Source of the DNA: a bacterium
GTDB lineage: Bacteria; UBA6262; WVXT01
Assembly (NCBI GenBank): GCA_046759165.1
Contig: JBHIBS010000033.1
Coordinates: 1 to 15,207 of the forward strand
Direction of reading: 5' to 3'
DNA length: 15,207 nt
The translations under genes and the position numbers were made by a program. Shown piece after piece: positions 12,489 through 15,207 of the stretch; position 1 is the first letter of the stretch, and each line of letters opens with the position of its first letter. Under the pieces are notes generated by a model. That model was not told the origin of the DNA. It saw nothing but the letters and a program-made list of their open reading frames with translations, and made no database searches.

Positions 12489-15167
12489 ATGCTCAAGGAG
12501 AATCTTTACATTATAGACGGTAATGCGTACATCCACCGAGCCTTCCATGCCCTCCCGCCTTTAACTAACTCCTCAGGACAGATGGTGAATGCGGTCTATG
12601 GTTTCACACGGATGCTTCTGAAAATTCTCCGCCAGGAAAAACCAGACTACCTGGCTGTCTGTTTCGATTTTCCAGCACCTACTTTTCGTCATAAGGAATT
12701 TGCTGAATATAAGGCTACAAGGAAAGAGATTCCCGATGAGTTGAAGCTACAGATTCCACTTGCCCATAAGATAGTTAAGGCCTTTAATATTCCCGTTTTT
12801 GAAAAGGAAGGCTATGAAGCCGATGACCTCATCGGCACGCTGAGCAGGAAAGCGTCGAAAGAAGGTATCGAAACAGTTATCGTTACTGGTGATAAGGATG
12901 CCCTGCAGCTAGTAGATGATTCAGTGAAAGTTCTAAACGAACCTAAAGATATCCTTTATACAGAAGAGACAATCAAAGAAAAGATGGGTATCTCTCCTCG
13001 ACAGATTACTGACCATATGGGATTAATCGGTGATGTTTCGGATAATGTTCCTGGCGTCTGGGGGGTTGGTCCCAAGACAGGTATGGAATTGATTCGGGAG
13101 TTTGGCAGTTTGGAAAATCTGTACCAGAATCTCTCAAAAGTGAGGGGTAAATTGAGAGAGAAGTTGGAGAAGGGGAGGAAAAAAGCTTTTCTCTCCAAGC
13201 GGTTGGTAACTCTTGTAAAGGATGTGCCGATGGAGGTTGACATTCGAGAATGTCATGTTGGTGAGTTCGATCGGGAAAAGTTGCTGAAGCTTCTTCAGGA
13301 ATTGGAGTTTAAGAGTCTGATTGTGGAATTGATTCCTGAGGAAGAGAAACATAAAGTAGACTATAAGGGTATATTTAACCGGAGGGAATTTGAGGCATTG
13401 GTCGAGGAGCTAGAGAAGGCACCATTGATCTCCTTGGACTTGGAGACCACAGGTCCCGAGCCGATGCGTGCCGCAATTGTGGGTATCTCTTTTGCATTAA
13501 AGGCTTATGCTGCCTCCTATATCCCTTTAGGACATAGTTACTTAGGTGCTCCTAGACAGTTAGAGAAGAAGTATGTGCTGGAGAAGTTGAAGCCTATTCT
13601 GGAAAATGGTACCATTAAAAAGTATGGGCAGAATATAAAATACGACCTGATTCTCTTGAAGCGTGAAGGAATAATTCTTCAAGGAGTCTATTTCGATTCT
13701 ATGATTGCTTCCTATGTTCTGAATCCTTCGAAGATCAATCATAATCTAAACGATATTGCTCTTGAATACTTAAACTATAAGATGACCCCCACGAGTGAAT
13801 TGATTGGCAAAGGGAAAAGGGCAATTACAATGGACAAGGTGGAAGTGGAAAGAGTTATTCCTTATGCCTGCTGTGATGCTGATATTGTCCTGAGGGTGGC
13901 TCAGATTATGGAAAGAGAACTGAAAGATAAAGGGCTGGATAGGCTCTTCTATGAGGTAGAGATGCCCCTTTTGGAAGTTTTGGCCGAGATGGAGATGAAC
14001 GGGGTCATTATTGATACGGATTATCTGGCTGGACCTTCCCAAGATTTTTCTGCAAGATTAAAAGGGCTTGAAAAGGAGATCTATAAATTTGCTGGTCAGG
14101 AATTTAATATAAACTCCCCAAAACAACTCTCTTTTATTCTTTTTGAGAAGTTGAAGTTGCCAGTAGTGAGTAGAACAAAAACAGGACCATCCACATCCGA
14201 GGAAGTTCTGGTCCAGTTGGCAGAAAGACATAAACTACCTCACCTTATCATAGAATACAGAGAACTACAGAAGTTGAAATCGACCTATTTAGACGCCCTT
14301 CCAGGAATGGTTAATCCCCAAACAGGACGCCTTCATACTTCCTTTAACCAAACGGTTACAGCTACTGGCAGGCTTTCTTCGTCTGAGCCAAATCTCCAGA
14401 ATATCCCTATTCGCACAGAAGAGGGTAGAAAGATAAGGCGCGCTTTTATTCCTGATAAAGGTTGTCTTTTCGTTTCTGCTGACTACTCACAGATTGACCT
14501 AAGAGTTCTTGCTCACATCTCGGGAGATGAGAGTCTCAGGGATGCTTTCTTGCATAACGAGGATATTCATCGTCGAACAGCATCAGAGATTTTTGGAGTT
14601 TCCCAGGAGGAAGTAACTCCTGAATTACGCCGCATCGCTAAATCGGTCAATTTTGGACTCTCTTATGGAATGAGTCCATACGGGCTCTCTAAGGACTTGG
14701 GAGTTTCCCAAACTGAGGCTAAGAGATACATTGATAATTATTTTAAAAAATATAAGGGAGTAAAGGACTATATTAAAAAGATAGTTGTTCAGGCAAGGAA
14801 GGAAGGTTTCGTAACAACGCTTTTGAATCGTAGGAGGTACTTGCCAGAGATAAATAGTAAGAATGGTAGTATTCGTGGTTTTGCTGAAAGGACTGCCATA
14901 AATACGCCCATTCAGGGAACTTCTGCAGATATCATAAAAGTGGCGATGATCGGAATAACACGTAGGCTAAAGGCTAAGGACTTAAAGGCGAAAATGACTC
15001 TGCAGCTACACGATGAGTTGCTTTTCGAGGTGCCTGAAGAGGGAGTGGATGAGCTGAGTCGGTTGGCAAAGGAGGAGATGGAAGGGGCGGTTTCTTTAGA
15101 TGTTCCGGTGGTGGTTGATATAAAAGTGGGAAGGAACTGGCGGGATTTGGAAAGGATGAAGGGATAG
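12489..15167 (+). CDS. polA: DNA polymerase I (5'-3' exonuclease, 3'-5' exonuclease and polymerase domains)
   Basis: IIDGNAYIHRAFHA, GYEADD, GDKD, GDVSDNVPGV; Exo I/II/III motifs DLETT, NIKYD and YACCD; TATGRLSS.EPNLQNIP, DYSQIDLR, AKSVNFGLSYG, NTPIQG and QLHDEL. Confidence 0.99.
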   Translation: MLKENLYIIDGNAYIHRAFHALPPLTNSSGQMVNAVYGFTRMLLKILRQEKPDYLAVCFDFPAPTFRHKEFAEYKATRKEIPDELKLQIPLAHKIVKAFNIPVFEKEGYEADDLIGTLSRKASKEGIETVIVTGDKDALQLVDDSVKVLNEPKDILYTEETIKEKMGISPRQITDHMGLIGDVSDNVPGVWGVGPKTGMELIREFGSLENLYQNLSKVRGKLREKLEKGRKKAFLSKRLVTLVKDVPMEVDIRECHVGEFDREKLLKLLQELEFKSLIVELIPEEEKHKVDYKGIFNRREFEALVEELEKAPLISLDLETTGPEPMRAAIVGISFALKAYAASYIPLGHSYLGAPRQLEKKYVLEKLKPILENGTIKKYGQNIKYDLILLKREGIILQGVYFDSMIASYVLNPSKINHNLNDIALEYLNYKMTPTSELIGKGKRAITMDKVEVERVIPYACCDADIVLRVAQIMERELKDKGLDRLFYEVEMPLLEVLAEMEMNGVIIDTDYLAGPSQDFSARLKGLEKEIYKFAGQEFNINSPKQLSFILFEKLKLPVVSRTKTGPSTSEEVLVQLAERHKLPHLIIEYRELQKLKSTYLDALPGMVNPQTGRLHTSFNQTVTATGRLSSSEPNLQNIPIRTEEGRKIRRAFIPDKGCLFVSADYSQIDLRVLAHISGDESLRDAFLHNEDIHRRTASEIFGVSQEEVTPELRRIAKSVNFGLSYGMSPYGLSKDLGVSQTEAKRYIDNYFKKYKGVKDYIKKIVVQARKEGFVTTLLNRRRYLPEINSKNGSIRGFAERTAINTPIQGTSADIIKVAMIGITRRLKAKDLKAKMTLQLHDELLFEVPEEGVDELSRLAKEEMEGAVSLDVPVVVDIKVGRNWRDLERMKG

Positions 15168-15207
15168 TTTTCGGAGTCGCTCGGTTAGAACCTCGCTCTA
15201 ATTCCGC

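Noticed and set aside
505..14042. Remaining short antisense or alternate-frame ORFs in the ORF track
   Set aside because: All overlap well-supported genes and show no motifs; they are shadow ORFs.
15168..15207. Terminator or repeat after polA (TTAGA...TCTAA)
   Set aside because: Weak stem, truncated by the window edge; cannot be assessed.

Overview
AT-leaning bacterial housekeeping region with all genes on the + strand: tRNA-Cys(GCA), tRNA-Val(GAC), thrS (short form without TGS domain), a B12-binding radical SAM gene, infC-rpmI-rplT, a KtrB/KtrA potassium uptake pair, a small TPR protein, pheS (no pheT next to it), a malic enzyme / two-subunit class I fumarase / panD cluster, and polA. The proteins are mostly familiar; the interest lies in the non-coding DNA. 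It contains an L20-leader-type attenuator and an ATA start for infC, a probably leaderless polA, and several different palindromic mini-elements. These include four covarying GTAG REP-like units in nested orientation, a tandem pair of cassettes with an exact 30-bp repeat between infC and rpmI, a doubly nested palindromic element after pheS, and a compact four-way-junction structure between the two tRNAs. I see no CRISPR array, transposase or defence system. All calls come from reading the sequence; no database search was run.
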